Below, one piece after another: positions 25,739 to 37,344 of a DNA stretch of 64,000 nt. The notes beneath the pieces are model-generated. The model searched no databases and was not told the origin of the DNA. It worked only from the letters and a program-made list of their open reading frames with translations. How positions within the stretch are numbered: the first letter of the stretch is position 1; the number at the start of each line of letters is the position of its first letter. Source of the stretch: Chiloscyllium plagiosum (Eukaryota); contig NC_057718.1 of assembly GCF_004010195.1 (NCBI RefSeq), positions 7,622,787 through 7,686,786 of the forward strand, given 5' to 3'. A program made the translations under genes and the position numbers.

Positions 25739-26638
25739 NNNNNNNNNNNNNNNNNNNNNNNNNNNNNNNNNNNNNNNNNNNNNNNNNNNNNNNNNNNNNN
25801 NNNNNNNNNNNNNNNNNNNNNNNNNNNNNNNNNNNNNNNNNNNNNNNNNNNNNNNNNNNNNNNNNNNNNNNNNNNNNNNNNNNNNNNNNNNNNNNNNNNN
25901 NNNNNNNNNNNNNNNNNNNNNNNNNNNNNNNNNNNNNNNNNNNNNNNNNNNNNNNNNNNNNNNNNNNNNNNNNNNNNNNNNNNNNNNNNNNNNNNNNNNN
26001 NNNNNNNNNNNNNNNNNNNNNNNNNNNNNNNNNNNNNNNNNNNNNNNNNNNNNNNNNNNNNNNNNNNNNNNNNNNNNNNNNNNNNNNNNNNNNNNNNNNN
26101 NNNNNNNNNNNNNNNNNNNNNNNNNNNNNNNNNNNNNNNNNNNNNNNNNNNNNNNNNNNNNNNNNNNNNNNNNNNNNNNNNNNNNNNNNNNNNNNNNNNN
26201 NNNNNNNNNNNNNNNNNNNNNNNNNNNNNNNNNNNNNNNNNNNNNNNNNNNNNNNNNNNNNNNNNNNNNNNNNNNNNNNNNNNNNNNNNNNNNNNNNNNN
26301 NNNNNNNNNNNNNNNNNNNNNNNNNNNNNNNNNNNNNNNNNNNNNNNNNNNNNNNNNNNNNNNNNNNNNNNNNNNNNNNNNNNNNNNNNNNNNNNNNNNN
26401 NNNNNNNNNNNNNNNNNNNNNNNNNNNNNNNNNNNNNNNNNNNNNNNNNNNNNNNNNNNNNNNNNNNNNNNNNNNNNNNNNNNNNNNNNNNNNNNNNNNN
26501 NNNNNNNNNNNNNNNNNNNNNNNNNNNNNNNNNNNNNNNNNNNNNNNNNNNNNNNNNNNNNNNNNNNNNNNNNNNNNNNNNNNNNNNNNNNNNNNNNNNN
26601 NNNNNNNNNNNNNNNNNNNNNNNNNNNNNNNNNNNNNN
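25739..26638. other. Assembly gap (900 N)
   Basis: Run of N; other gaps at 18634-18676 and 40627-40844. Confidence 1.
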
Positions 26639-26769
26639 TTTTTCCCTTCTCTCTCTCGCGCTCTCTCGCGCTCTCTCTCTCTCGCGCGCTCTCTCTCGCG
26701 CTCTCTCTCTTCCTCCATTCTCTTTTCCCCCTCTCTCTCCCTCTTTTCCCCACCTCCCTCCCCTGCCTA

Positions 26770-27280
26770 GCAGCCTCCACCACTTCGTCTGGCAGCTCAT
26801 TCCATACCCGTACCACCCTCTGCGTGAAAAAGTTGCCCCTTAGGTCGCTTTTATGTCTCTCCCCTCTCACCCTAAACCTATCCCCTCTAGTTCTGGACTC
26901 CCCAGCCCAGGAAAAAGACTTTGTCTACTTACCCTATCCATGCCCCTCATGATTTTATAAACCTCCAGAAGGCCACCCCTCAGCCTCCGACGCTCCAGGG
27001 AAAACAGCCCCAGCCTATTCAACCTCTCCCTATAGCTCAAGTCCTCCAACCCTGGCAACATCCTTGTAAATCTATTCTGAATCCTTTCAAGTTTCACAAC
27101 GTTCTTTTTGTAGGGGGGGAGACCAGAATTGCGCGCAGTATTCCAAAAGTGTCCTACACACTGTCCTGTACAGCTGCAACATGACCTCCCAACTCCTATA
27201 CTCAAGTGCTCTGACCAATAGAGACAAGCAAACACCTTCTTCACTACCCTGTCTAACTGGGGCTCCACTTTCAAGGACAT
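26770..27280 (-). mobile_element. CR1 LINE fragment
   Basis: Minus [43 protein letters not shown]. Confidence 0.92.
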
Positions 27281-27504
27281 GTCAGTAGCTTCATTTCTGT
27301 AAACATTTGGTCGTCGCGATCTGAATTGTAACAAGAACAGTGAAGTTACAAGAATATCTGATCTATAGTTAATCCTGAGTTTCAGAGCTGCCATGGGAAT
27401 ATTTATTTAACTACACTGTGTTGAGCAAGTCCATCATGCCTGTTCCTCCCCCCACCCCCACCCTCTCAACCTTCAGTACCTCTGCCAGTCAATTAAAATG
27501 GAAG

Positions 27505-28028
27505 ACACATGAACAGGAAGAACCATTTCCCCTTGATGAAGGCATCAGTGACCGTGGGGCATAAGTTAAAGGGAAGGAGCAGGAGGTTTGGAGGAAATAT
27601 GAGGAAAACTGTTTTTTCCCCAGAGGCTGAGAGGTGTGGGGAGATGCAGGAACCCTCTATAGAACATTACAGCGCAGTACAGGCCCTTCAGCCCTCGATG
27701 TTGCACCGACCTGTGAAACCAAGCTGAAGCTGATCTAACCTACACTATTGTATTCTCGCCCATATGTTTATCCATTGACCATTTATATGCCCTTAAAGTT
27801 GGCGAGTCTACTACAGGTGCATGCAGGGTGTTCCATGCCCCTATTACTCTCTGAGTGAAGAGCCTATCTCTATCATAACATTGTAGAAAAATTCAGATGT
27901 GCATTTGTGATGCCGAGGCAAAACTGTGGGTGGAGTGCTGGAAAATGGGAATTAGAATAGATGGGTGTTTTTGACCAGGATGGACTTGATGGGCCTTTAT
28001 TTTCTGTGCTTTGGATCTCTGAGTCTAT
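27505..28028 (+). mobile_element. CR1 3' fragment with a nested opposite-strand CR1 tail (~27655-27870)
   Basis: Plus-strand ORF2 end and tail ctctgagtctatg; inner piece agaacattacagcgcagtacaggcccttc is a reverse-complement tail. Confidence 0.7.
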
Positions 28029-28074
28029 GGGAATAGCAGGAAATAGGACTGTGTCCCATCTTCATTGCAGCCTT

Positions 28075-28316
28075 GTGGTACAAGGGGCGGATCCCCTGTC
28101 CTGAGCACTGAGCCCCGTGATCCAGTGCAGTACAAGGGTTAGATCCCCTTCCCTGAGCCACGTGATCCAGTGTGGCACATGGGGTAGATCCCCTGCTCTG
28201 AGCCCCTGTGATCCAGTGTGGCACATGGGGTAGATCCCCTGCCCTGAGCCCCTGTGATCCAGTGTGGCACATGGGGTAAATCCCCTGCCCTGAGCCCAGA
28301 AACCCTGTGATCCAGT
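28075..28316. repeat. Minisatellite, ~45-46 bp unit, about 5 copies
   Basis: Unit gagcccctgtgatccagtgtggcacatggggtagatcccctgc(t/c)ct at ~28110, 28155, 28200, 28246, with partial copies at both ends. Confidence 0.92.
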
Positions 28317-29075
28317 CCTTGACGACCAATGGATGTCCATGCCCACCAGTGAGTGAGGCTGGGTGAGATTCCCGGTCAGCTGGAGACCCACCATCACTAC
28401 CCCCACAGGTCCAGACTCCTACATGAATAGAAAAGTCCATATATCCGCAGCAATTCGGAACCTGCCAGTGCTCTGTGATGCATCGCTGCCTTGAGTTGAT
28501 AACACTCCTGAGTTCTAACAGATTTAGTTCTCCTGTGAACTGATCAGATTGTGGACAGTAAGATCCCACACATCGCAACTGTCTTCCCATTGGCCATCTT
28601 TAGCCCTTCTGACTGGGGGTTAGTTAGTCCCAGACTTGGGATCGGGCACAGTTGGGTGGGGCGGGGCATTCACTTGTCAATGACTGGACTTGAATATTCA
28701 AATGGATTTGGGTCTAGAACATAGAATACTCTGAGATTGGGGAGAGTGAGGTTTGAACACTGCAACTCCTGGTTCGTGAGGTAAAACCCTCCAGTGGTGG
28801 AGGTGAAAGGCCTCCTCTTATCGTTTCGTGGAGTGATGGGAGCTCCACGTGTTCCCATTGGGTGAGCTAGCAGACACTGATTGGAAGGTGATTAGCAAAA
28901 GGATCAGAGGTGACTTGAAGGGGAAATAAAATTCTCTTTATTCAGTGAGGGGGTCAGAATGTGGTGGAATCAGGGTCAATCCTAACTTTAATAAACAAAG
29001 GAATCAGATAATCGTCAGACGAGAAACAAAAAGTTGCAGATCTGTGAGGGACAGGTGAGTGAACGGGTCTAGGTG

Positions 29076-29203
29076 GGTGAAAGTGAGGACTGCAGATGCT
29101 GGAGAGTCAATGAAGAGTGGTGCTGGAAAAGCACAGTCGGTCAGGCAGCAACCAAGGAGCAGGAGAGTCGACGGTTCAGGCATAAGCCCTTCATCAGGAA
29201 TGT
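29076..29203 (-). mobile_element. Penelope-like terminal module P1 (hammerhead with GAAA>GAAC change)
   Basis: aaagtgaggactgcagatgctgg...cataagcccttcatcaggaatg; flanks tctag(g/c)tgggtg on both sides. Confidence 0.78.
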
Positions 29204-29560
29204 TGCTCTAGCTGGGTGGTCCTTCTCGGGAGCCAGCATGGGAATGACGGGTTGCATGGTCTCGCCCTGTACTGTGACCACTCCGTAACCAGTTCAGCGT
29301 TTGGAAGCACTGCCTGATAGTCCGATGTAAGGAAGGAAGGTTGGACAGGCAACGCCAGTGCATTCCCCAATCTGCAACGTCAGGACGGGAGTACGGGGTC
29401 ACATCCAGCTGGGGCTGCCAAGTGGATTTTTTTTTTTCCGTTTCAGGCTCTGCAGAGACAGCTGCTGCTGCCAGTAAAGGTCTCCATCTGAAGGGAAAAA
29501 AGGAGTGCATGTCCCAGAAGGTGTCCTCACGCCTGGTCCTCAAACCGGCAGAACCAGCTC

Positions 29561-30550
29561 GAGAGAGAGAGAGAGAAACCAAACCATTGGGGTCAGTGTT
29601 GAGCCAAGGTCATGTCGGGGAGTCCAGCTGTCTGTACATTGCTGCTTCTAGCAATGGGCTGCTTAATGGAAGGACAGCCTCTATCTGTATACAAGTGTTG
29701 AATTTTTCCATTGGCACAAATGCAGAAGGAAACATTCAGTCATTCTTAATGGTTTTCTGATCCCAATGGGCCAGCCTGGTAGTGTTTTATAATTTGATAC
29801 ACAGCACAGTCGCCATGGAAACATTACACATACAGATGTAAGAATGTTTGGGTTGTATTTACTCCATTCCCACCGCTGATTAGCAGCAGCTCCCTCTGAC
29901 CTTACAGAAGGCGCAACCTCATTCTCAGTCCGAGGACCGTGTGTAGAGTTCACTTTGATCAAAGCAATGCTTCCCGTCAGGTCAGCTTTGACACAGTGGG
30001 ACAATAGGGTCAGCAGGGTGGGTGAAAGTTGGAAGGTTTGCCCTGCAACCAGATCCGAAGCTGGTACGGCCTCCTGGAAATGGGAGTGCAGGTGAGGTTT
30101 TGAATGGATTTTTAGATTGGCGTTCATTAAGGGATATCAAGGAAAAGATGTTGGAAATGTTATTGAAGGACATGCCTGCAAAGAGAAGACTTTGTTTATG
30201 ATGTCATCTGTGCTGCACTATCCTGTCATTTCCTATCAAACTCCTGACACCGCATCCCATTCCGACACCCTCACATTCCGACTCCATCCCATTCCAGCCC
30301 TATCCCATGCCATATCCCTCACATTCCAACCCAAATCTCAAAACATTACCAGGCTGGCCCATTGGGATCAGAAAACCATTAAGAATGACTGAATGATTCC
30401 CTTTGCATTTGTGCCAATGGAAAAATTCAACACTTGTGCACAGATAGGAGCCTGTCCTTCCATTGAGCAGCCCATTGCTAGAAGCAGCAACGTACAGACA
30501 GCTGGACTCCCCGACATGACCTTGGCTCAACACTGACCCCAATGGTTTGG

Positions 30551-30594
<44 letters not shown>
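29561..30594. repeat. Long inverted repeat: arms 29561-29788 and 30340-30594, ~550 bp spacer
   Basis: ~212 bp unique arms with about 11 differences by eye, each ending outward in (GA)n/(TC)n. Confidence 0.95.
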
Positions 30595-30599
<5 letters not shown>

Positions 30600-31303
30600 C
30601 ATCCCATCCCATGCCAAACACCTCCTATTCCGACCCCGTTCCATGTCAAACCCATCCCACGCCAATACTTTCCATTCCAACTCCATCCCATTCCAAACTT
30701 AACCCATGCATAAAATTCCTTGATTCCGTAACTTTACACAGTTTGGTCACTTCTTTGGCCAAGCTGAGCCACTCTGTGTCCTTTTGAAGTTTGTGTTTCC
30801 ATTCCCAGGCTGTGGTGGTCCATTTACAAAGGGAAAGGTGTCCGACTGCTGTTCGCTGACGGATTTCCCGGGGCTGTTGAGCTGTGGTTTTGTTCTGCTC
30901 ATGTAATCTAGGAGGGAAAGCAACAGAAGTGATTCATGAGAAGAGATCAAGGGAAGGTTAGGCTTGTCTGAATTTGTAGAGGAGAGGAGGGATGGGGCCG
31001 AAACAGGCGACGTTGAACTTTTGCCTGACATACATGCACTTTTGCACCCGTTAGCCTTGGTTCTTTAGAGTATATACCAGAGAGCTGAGCGCAACCGTGT
31101 TTTTATAAATAAATCCAAAGTGGCAGCAATATTTCAGCTCAAGTTTTGAGTGGGATCTAAATTTAGTTTGAAACAGATTTGAGAGGGCATGGCTGTATTT
31201 TGAAAAAGAACAATTTTGACAAGCTCTAACACAAAAAAAAACAGCTCCAAGGTGTTTTCCACTAGAAACTGCCATTTCTCATCAGAAATGTTTGAATGAC
31301 CTC

Positions 31304-31504
31304 TGAAATAACTCTACAGAGGCCAGTGTCCCATCACCATGTCACCCTTTACTTACAGAGTCCTTGACACTGACCCAGCTCCCTCAGAGCCAGTTCCCAG
31401 AATGAACAGCACTTCTTATATCTGTCAACCAGGACTCCCTGATTAACAGCCCCAATACAGGAACTCCCGAGGTCCACCTAGCTGACTTTGTTACAATCAC
31501 TACA
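31304..31504 (-). mobile_element. Probable solo LTR (~200 bp)
   Basis: Minus strand starts TGTAGTGA and ends TTATTTCA; TATA-like gatataag and polyA-like agtaaa in order; flanks acctc/tcctc. Confidence 0.6.
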
Positions 31505-31687
31505 TCCTCCTCTGTAACTGAAGCATTTTCTGTATGTTTCGCAATGTGTGAGTGAATCTTTGCAACACTGGAATTAGTAGGGATTGAGGATACGTGAGTT
31601 GGAGTCATACCCAGCACATAGGAAGATGGTTGTAGTTGTTGGTAGTCAATCATCTCAGCTCCAGGACATCTCTGCAAGAATCCCTCA

Positions 31688-32415
31688 GGGTGGCATGGTG
31701 GGTCAGTGGTTAGCACTGCTGCCTCACAATGCCAAGGACCCAGGTTTGATTCCAGCCTTTGGTGGCGGTCTATATGGAGTTTCCCCATGTCTGCGTGGGT
31801 GTCCTCCCACAATCTAAAGATGTGCAGGTTAGGTGAATTGGTCGTGCTAAACTGCCCATAGTGTTCAGGGATGTGTAGGTTAGGTGCATTAATTAGGAGT
31901 AAATATAGGGTAGGGGAATGGGCCTGGGAGGGTTACTCTTCAGAGGGTCAGTGTGAACTTGTTGGGCAGAAGGTTTAGATTTAGATTAGATTAGATTACA
32001 TTACTGTGTGGAAACAGGCCCTTCGGCCCAACAAGTCCACACCGACCCGCCGAAGCGCAATCCACCCATACCCCTACATTTACCCCTTACCTAACACTAC
32101 GGGCAATTTAGCATGACCAATTCACCTGACCTGCACATCTTTGGACTGTGGGAGGAAACAGGAAACCCGCGCAGACACGGGGAGAACGTGCAAACTCCAC
32201 ACAAACAGTCGCCTGAGGTGGGAGTTGAACCGGGGTCTCTAGCGCTGTGAGGCAACAGTGCTAACCACTGTGCCACCGTGCCGCCCACAATGCCAAGGAC
32301 CCAGGTTTGATTCCAGCCTGTGGTGGCGGTCTGTATGGAGTTTCCCCTTGTCTGCATGGGTGTCCTCCCACAATCCAATCCCACAAGGGATTGTTTCCAC
32401 ACTGTAGGGATTCTA
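31688..32415 (+). mobile_element. HE1-type V-SINE (host) inserted in LINE-B
   Basis: Head 31688-31760; tail ttgtttccacactgtagggattcta resumes at ~32385. Confidence 0.85.
31975..32286 (-). mobile_element. Younger HE1 SINE nested in the HE1 host
   Basis: (TTAGA)n tail through to head ccaccgtgccgccc. Confidence 0.93.
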
Positions 32416-33348
32416 ATTCTGGTGTCCTAGGTCCAGCCATCCTCAGCTGCTTCATCAATGACCTTACCTCCATCAAAAGGTCAGAAATGGGGATGTTCAC
32501 TGATGATTGCACATTATTCAGCACCATTCATAGTTCTTCAGGTACTGGAACAGAACGTGGTCAAATGCAACAAGATCTGGACAATATCCAGATTTGGGTG
32601 AACAAGTGACAAGTAATACTCATACCGTACAAACACCATCTCCAGTAAGAGAGCATCAATTTGTTAGTGTTCAATGATGTTACTGTCACTCAATTCTGTT
32701 AAACCTTACTGCACCAGCTACATAAATAGTTGGCTCCATGTGCACCTCAAAGGCTGGGAATTTTGTGGCAAGTAATTCCTCTTTAGACCCCTTGATTCCT
32801 GCCTACCATCTACAAACACAAGTCAGGGGTGTGATGGATTACTCCCCACTTGCCCTGGATGAGTGCAGCTCCAACAATGCTCAACCCTCTTAATTGGTAC
32901 CACATCTGCAAACATCCATTCCCTCCACCACCGACGCTCAGTAGCAGCAGTGTGTCCTATCTATAAGATGCACTGTAGAAATTCACCAAATATCCTTAGA
33001 CAGCACCTTCCAAACCCAAAACTGTTACCATTTAGAAGGACCATGGCAGCAGATACCGTGGAAACACTACCGCCTGCATGTTCCCCTCCGAGCCACTCAC
33101 CATCCCGACTTGGAAATATATTGCCGTTCCTTCAGTGACATTGGGTTAACATCCTGGAATTGCGTCTCGAAGGGCATTGTGGGGCTACCTACAGCCGGTG
33201 GACTGTGGCAGTTCCAGATGGCAGCTTTCCTTTTTCAAGGCCATAATAAACTGTGGCCTGTACAGCAACACTCATATCCCATGAATTCTGTTGTTGCTTC
33301 TGTTTAAGAACATAAGAAATATGAACTGGAATAGACAACCTCCGCGCA

Positions 33349-33421
<73 letters not shown>
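33349..33421. repeat. (TC)n microsatellite
   Basis: Seen directly. Confidence 0.97.
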
Positions 33422-33423
<2 letters not shown>

Positions 33424-33987
33424 CCCTCTGCCCTCGCTCCTCCATCCTCCATCCTCCATCTATCTTAATTCCAAAGGTTCACAGGAAGGCAGTTGTCATG
33501 AATTGTTCACCCCTTCACCCAAAGTAATCATCACATACTGAAGAAATGGACAATTTGCGTTTGGATTAAAGTGCTGATTCTGTCGAGGATTTGTCGTTTA
33601 CTTCCTTGTCCACATTTTACCAACTGAAAACTTTTTTTTGAAATTGTTTCTTGGTGAGGCCAGTCTTGCCCTTTGAGCAGCTGCTGATGAGCTAAGCTGT
33701 CGTGTGGAAGGAGGTGGAGGTGAGTCTCTGGGTTTGGAAGGTGCTGTCAAGAGAACTGTGATATGTTGCTGTGTCGCATCTTCTGGGTGGTGCGTTTAGT
33801 GGGCACGGTGCATCTCTGTGAGGTAGGAAGTTGTTGAAGGTGGTGGATGGGCTGCCTATTGAGCTACTTTGTGCGTGGATGGTGTCGAGCGTCAAGAGTT
33901 GTTAGAGCTGCCCCCAAACAAGCAAGAAGTGGTGAACCCTTTGGAGAAATAGAGTGCATTTGAGGATCTAATTATGGGCATACTGCT

Positions 33988-34228
33988 GGTGACAGTGTCT
34001 CAGTGGTCAGCAATGTTGCTTCTCAGCGCCAGGGACCCAGGTTCGATTCCACCCTCGGACGACTGTCTGCATGGAGTTTGCACATTCTCCCCGTGTCTGT
34101 GCGGGTTTCCTCCCACACAGATGCGCAGGTTAGGTGGATTGTCCATGGGAAACATAGGGTCATAGGGGTGAGTGGTTCTGGGAGGGTAGGGATGAGCTGA
34201 ACGGCCTGCTCCACACTGTAGGGATTCT
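33988..34228 (+). mobile_element. Degenerate HE1-type SINE
   Basis: ggttcgattcc B box, V-domain, tail cacactgtagggattct. Confidence 0.8.
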
Positions 34229-34458
34229 GTGAATTAGTTTACTCCCGTTTCTCTCGTCATATCCATCTCCTGTCATTTTATTCAGTGAATTAAACATTCC
34301 ACATTTGCTGGACTGAGATTCACTGTTGTATGTATAACATTGATCACTATGAAGGAATGGCAGATACGTTCTAACGTTCTGGGTTGCTGTGTCTTAGCCC
34401 AATAGTGACAGTGGCCCATTGCTTTTCAGAAGCTCAGTGTCACGATATTGAATGGGGA

Positions 34459-34913
34459 CAGAGTTAAAAATCGCACAACACCAGGTTATAGTCCAACAGG
34501 TTTAATTGGAAGCACTAGCTTTTGGAACGCCGCTCCTTCATCAGGTGGTTGTGGAAGGCACAATTGTAGCAAATTGAGTCTTTCATCTGTTAGAATGACC
34601 ATGATAGTTTCACCTGAGAATGTAACTTTTAATAAACGTTTTGTGATTTACATATGAAAGAAGTGAAACTAACATGGTCATTCTAACAGATGAGAGACTT
34701 AACAAACAATCAAGGTATTTTTCAATGTATAATTTCAGTTGCATCACGCTGTCAACATTTTCGGTAAATTCTGTTACAATTGTGTCCTCCACAACCACCG
34801 GGTGAAGGAGCGTCGCTCTGAAAGCTAGTGCTTCCAATTTAAACCTGTTGGACTATAACCTGGTGCTGTGTGATTTGTAACTTTGTACACCCCAGTCCAA
34901 CACCAGCATCTCC
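34459..34913. mobile_element. Penelope-like element end (family P3) in inverted-arm configuration
   Basis: Outer IR 34461-34568 / ~34774-34882, inner IR 34575-34613 / 34663-34701, TSD gaatgggga 34450-34458 / 34914-34922, degenerate hammerhead in each outer arm. Confidence 0.8.
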
Positions 34914-35120
34914 GAATGGGGAAAGGTTAGTGTTGTGTCTATTTATTGCCACGTTTTACAATATCTGTGATTTCATCTTGCTGGGATTTGTGTTGTCAAA
35001 AGATTAATATCAAAATGTGTGGAAGAGGATGCCACAATGATGTTTAGTTGGCATATTGTTGTAGTCTAGAGGCTTACATGATGCAGTTTGTGTAGTGTGA
35101 GAGCAGAACATTCATGATGA

Positions 35121-35415
35121 GATTAGATTCCCCACAGTGTGGAAACAGGCCCTTCGGCCCAACAAGTCCACACCAACCCTCCGAAGAGAAACCCACCCTG
35201 TCTCACTTCCCTCTGACTAATGTACCTAACACTACGGGCAATTTCTCATGGCCAATCCACCTGACCTGCACATCTTTGGACTGTGGGAGGAAACCCACGC
35301 AGACACGGGGAGAATGTGCAAACTCCACACAGACAGTCACCCGAGGCTGGAAACGAACCTGGGACCCTGGTGCTGTGAGGCAGCAGTGCGAACCACTGAG
35401 CCACCGTGCCGCCCT
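35121..35415 (-). mobile_element. HE1-type V-SINE
   Basis: Full reverse-complement head to tail. Confidence 0.92.
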
Positions 35416-35889
35416 TGTACCAAATGAACGCAGGTTTTTACTTTGACGGAAGAAATGGAACTTCAAGGAGCTTGGCTCTTCACTTTTGTCCGAAGAAAGA
35501 GTCCTGCCTAGTCTGTGACTTTCTCTTTCCTTTTCGTTCCCCCCTTCCCTCCATCCGTGATCATTTCCCACACAGAGGCCGGAAACCAGGGTAATTTCTG
35601 GAACCACATTCCCACTGTTAGGGGTTGTAGAATTTCCTTCCCTGCTGGAACCATGCTTGAGAATCTGCTGCAGAGCAGCCAATCTAACAGCATTGTGCCC
35701 CATTTTACTCACTGTGGGCTCGGACAGGACTGAGTGGTCACCCTACACAAACCAAGACACAAAGGACACCGGTCTGGGACTTTGGGTGGAGTGAGGTGGG
35801 GAAGCTGAGAGCCTGACTGGAGAGTTCAGATTCAACCGGCAACTGCATTGAGGCCATTCAGCACCTTGAACTCATTCTATCATTCAGTC

Positions 35890-37065
35890 ACACCTACCAT
35901 TTAGTCACATTTATCCACTTCATAGCCATATCCATGGCTTGGCATGGAATATGGCAAGTTACATTCACATCACACACATGCTCACAATGGCCACCTCCAA
36001 CAAGAGAGAATCTAGCTATCATCCTTCGGCATTCAATGCTGTTACTGTCACGGAATACCCCAAATTCTGGGGGGTTACCATTGGCCAGCAACTGGACTCG
36101 CCGCATAAACACAGTGGCTGCAACAGCAGGTCAGAGGCTAGGAATACTCCAGACAGTAACTCACCTCCTGACTCCCCAAAGTCTGTCCACCATCTACAAG
36201 GCACAAGTCAGCAAGTGTGATGTAATACTTCACACTTGCCTGATGGGGGCAGCTCCAACAACTCTCAAGAAGCTTGACACCATCCAGGATGAAGAAGCCC
36301 ACTCGATTGGCAACATGTCTATAAAGCAAGGCTTGGGTTGTTTTATTTAGAGCAGGTAAGGCTGAGGGGATCTGACTAAAGGTGTATAAGAGTGTGAGGG
36401 ACATGGACAGAGTGGACGGAAACAATTGTTCTCCGTTGTTAAAGGGTTAATAACAAGGCACAATCGTTTTTAAGATCGAAGGCAGGTGATTGAGAGGAAA
36501 TTTGAGGAAAATTGCTTTCACCTCAAGGCTGGTGGGAATCTGGAAAGCATTGCCTGGAAGGGTCATAGAGGCAAGAAACCTCATGCCATAACATTCAAGG
36601 CTATAGATCTAGTGAAGGAAAGTGGGACTGGTGTAGATTAAGCAGTGCAGACTCGATGGGCTGAAGGGCCTCTTCTGTGCTGTTTGTCTCTACAACATCC
36701 AGGAACGTCCATTCCCTCCATCACCGATGCTCAGTAGCAGCAATGTGTACTATATACAAGATGCACTGCAGAAACTCACCAAAGATCATCAGACAGCACC
36801 TTCCAACGAGAAGGACAAGGGCAGCGGATACATGGGGACACCACCCCCTGCAAGTTCCCCTCCAAGCCAGTCAAGATCCTCCCTTTGAAGTAAATCGCTG
36901 ATCCTTCAATGTCCCTGGGTCAAAATCCTGGAATTGCCTCTCCAAGGGCATTGTGGGTCTACATGGACTGCAGCGGCTCAAGAAGGCAGCTCACCACCAC
37001 CTTCTCAACAGGCAACTAAGGACAGGCAATAAATACGGATCCAGCCAGTGACACCCACATCTCAG
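35890..37065 (+). mobile_element. LINE-B 3' fragment interrupted by a CR1 fragment (~36335-36683)
   Basis: TAGQRLGILQTVTHLLTPQSLSTIYKAQV; VHSLHHRCSVAAMCTIYKMHCRNSPK; tail ggcaataaat...cagccagtgacacccacatc. Confidence 0.85.
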
Positions 37066-37227
37066 AAGACGAAGCAATCTCATGGATATTACAGATGCTG
37101 GCAATCTGAAATCAGAACGGACTGTGCTGGAAATATTGTTGAATCGTACAGAGTGGAAGAGGCCCTTCAATCCATCGAGTCTGTGCCACTAAAAATATAC
37201 TACAACAATTGACACATTCCAATTGGG

Positions 37228-37344
37228 CGAAAGTGTGTACTGCAGATGCTAGAGATCAAAGTCAAGATTAGAGTGCTACTGGAAAAGCACAGTAGGTCAG
37301 GCAGCACCCAAATAGCAGGAGAATCGAGGTTTCGGGCAAAAGCC
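37228..37344 (-). mobile_element. Penelope-like terminal module P1
   Basis: Module ends in stem II gggcaaaagccc; TSD caca(t/c)tccaa(t/c)tggg 37213-37227 / 37345-37359. Confidence 0.78.

Larger units (their letters stand above)
31560..33285 (+). pseudogene. LINE-B ORF2 (RT) remnant with nested HE1 SINEs
   Basis: LQDISARIPQG|...|GVLGPAILSCFINDL...MFTDDCT (RT motifs); IHSLHHRRSVAAVCPIYKMHCRNSP. Confidence 0.85.

Noticed and set aside
25606..26952. Five long ORFs of 357-417 aa
   Set aside because: They run through the 900-N gap and flanking SINE/microsatellite sequence; artefacts
27997..28590. 197-aa ORF with repeated GQGIYPMCHTGSQG, and a CRISPR-like look
   Set aside because: Translation of a head-to-tail minisatellite; no unique spacers, no cas genes, eukaryotic context
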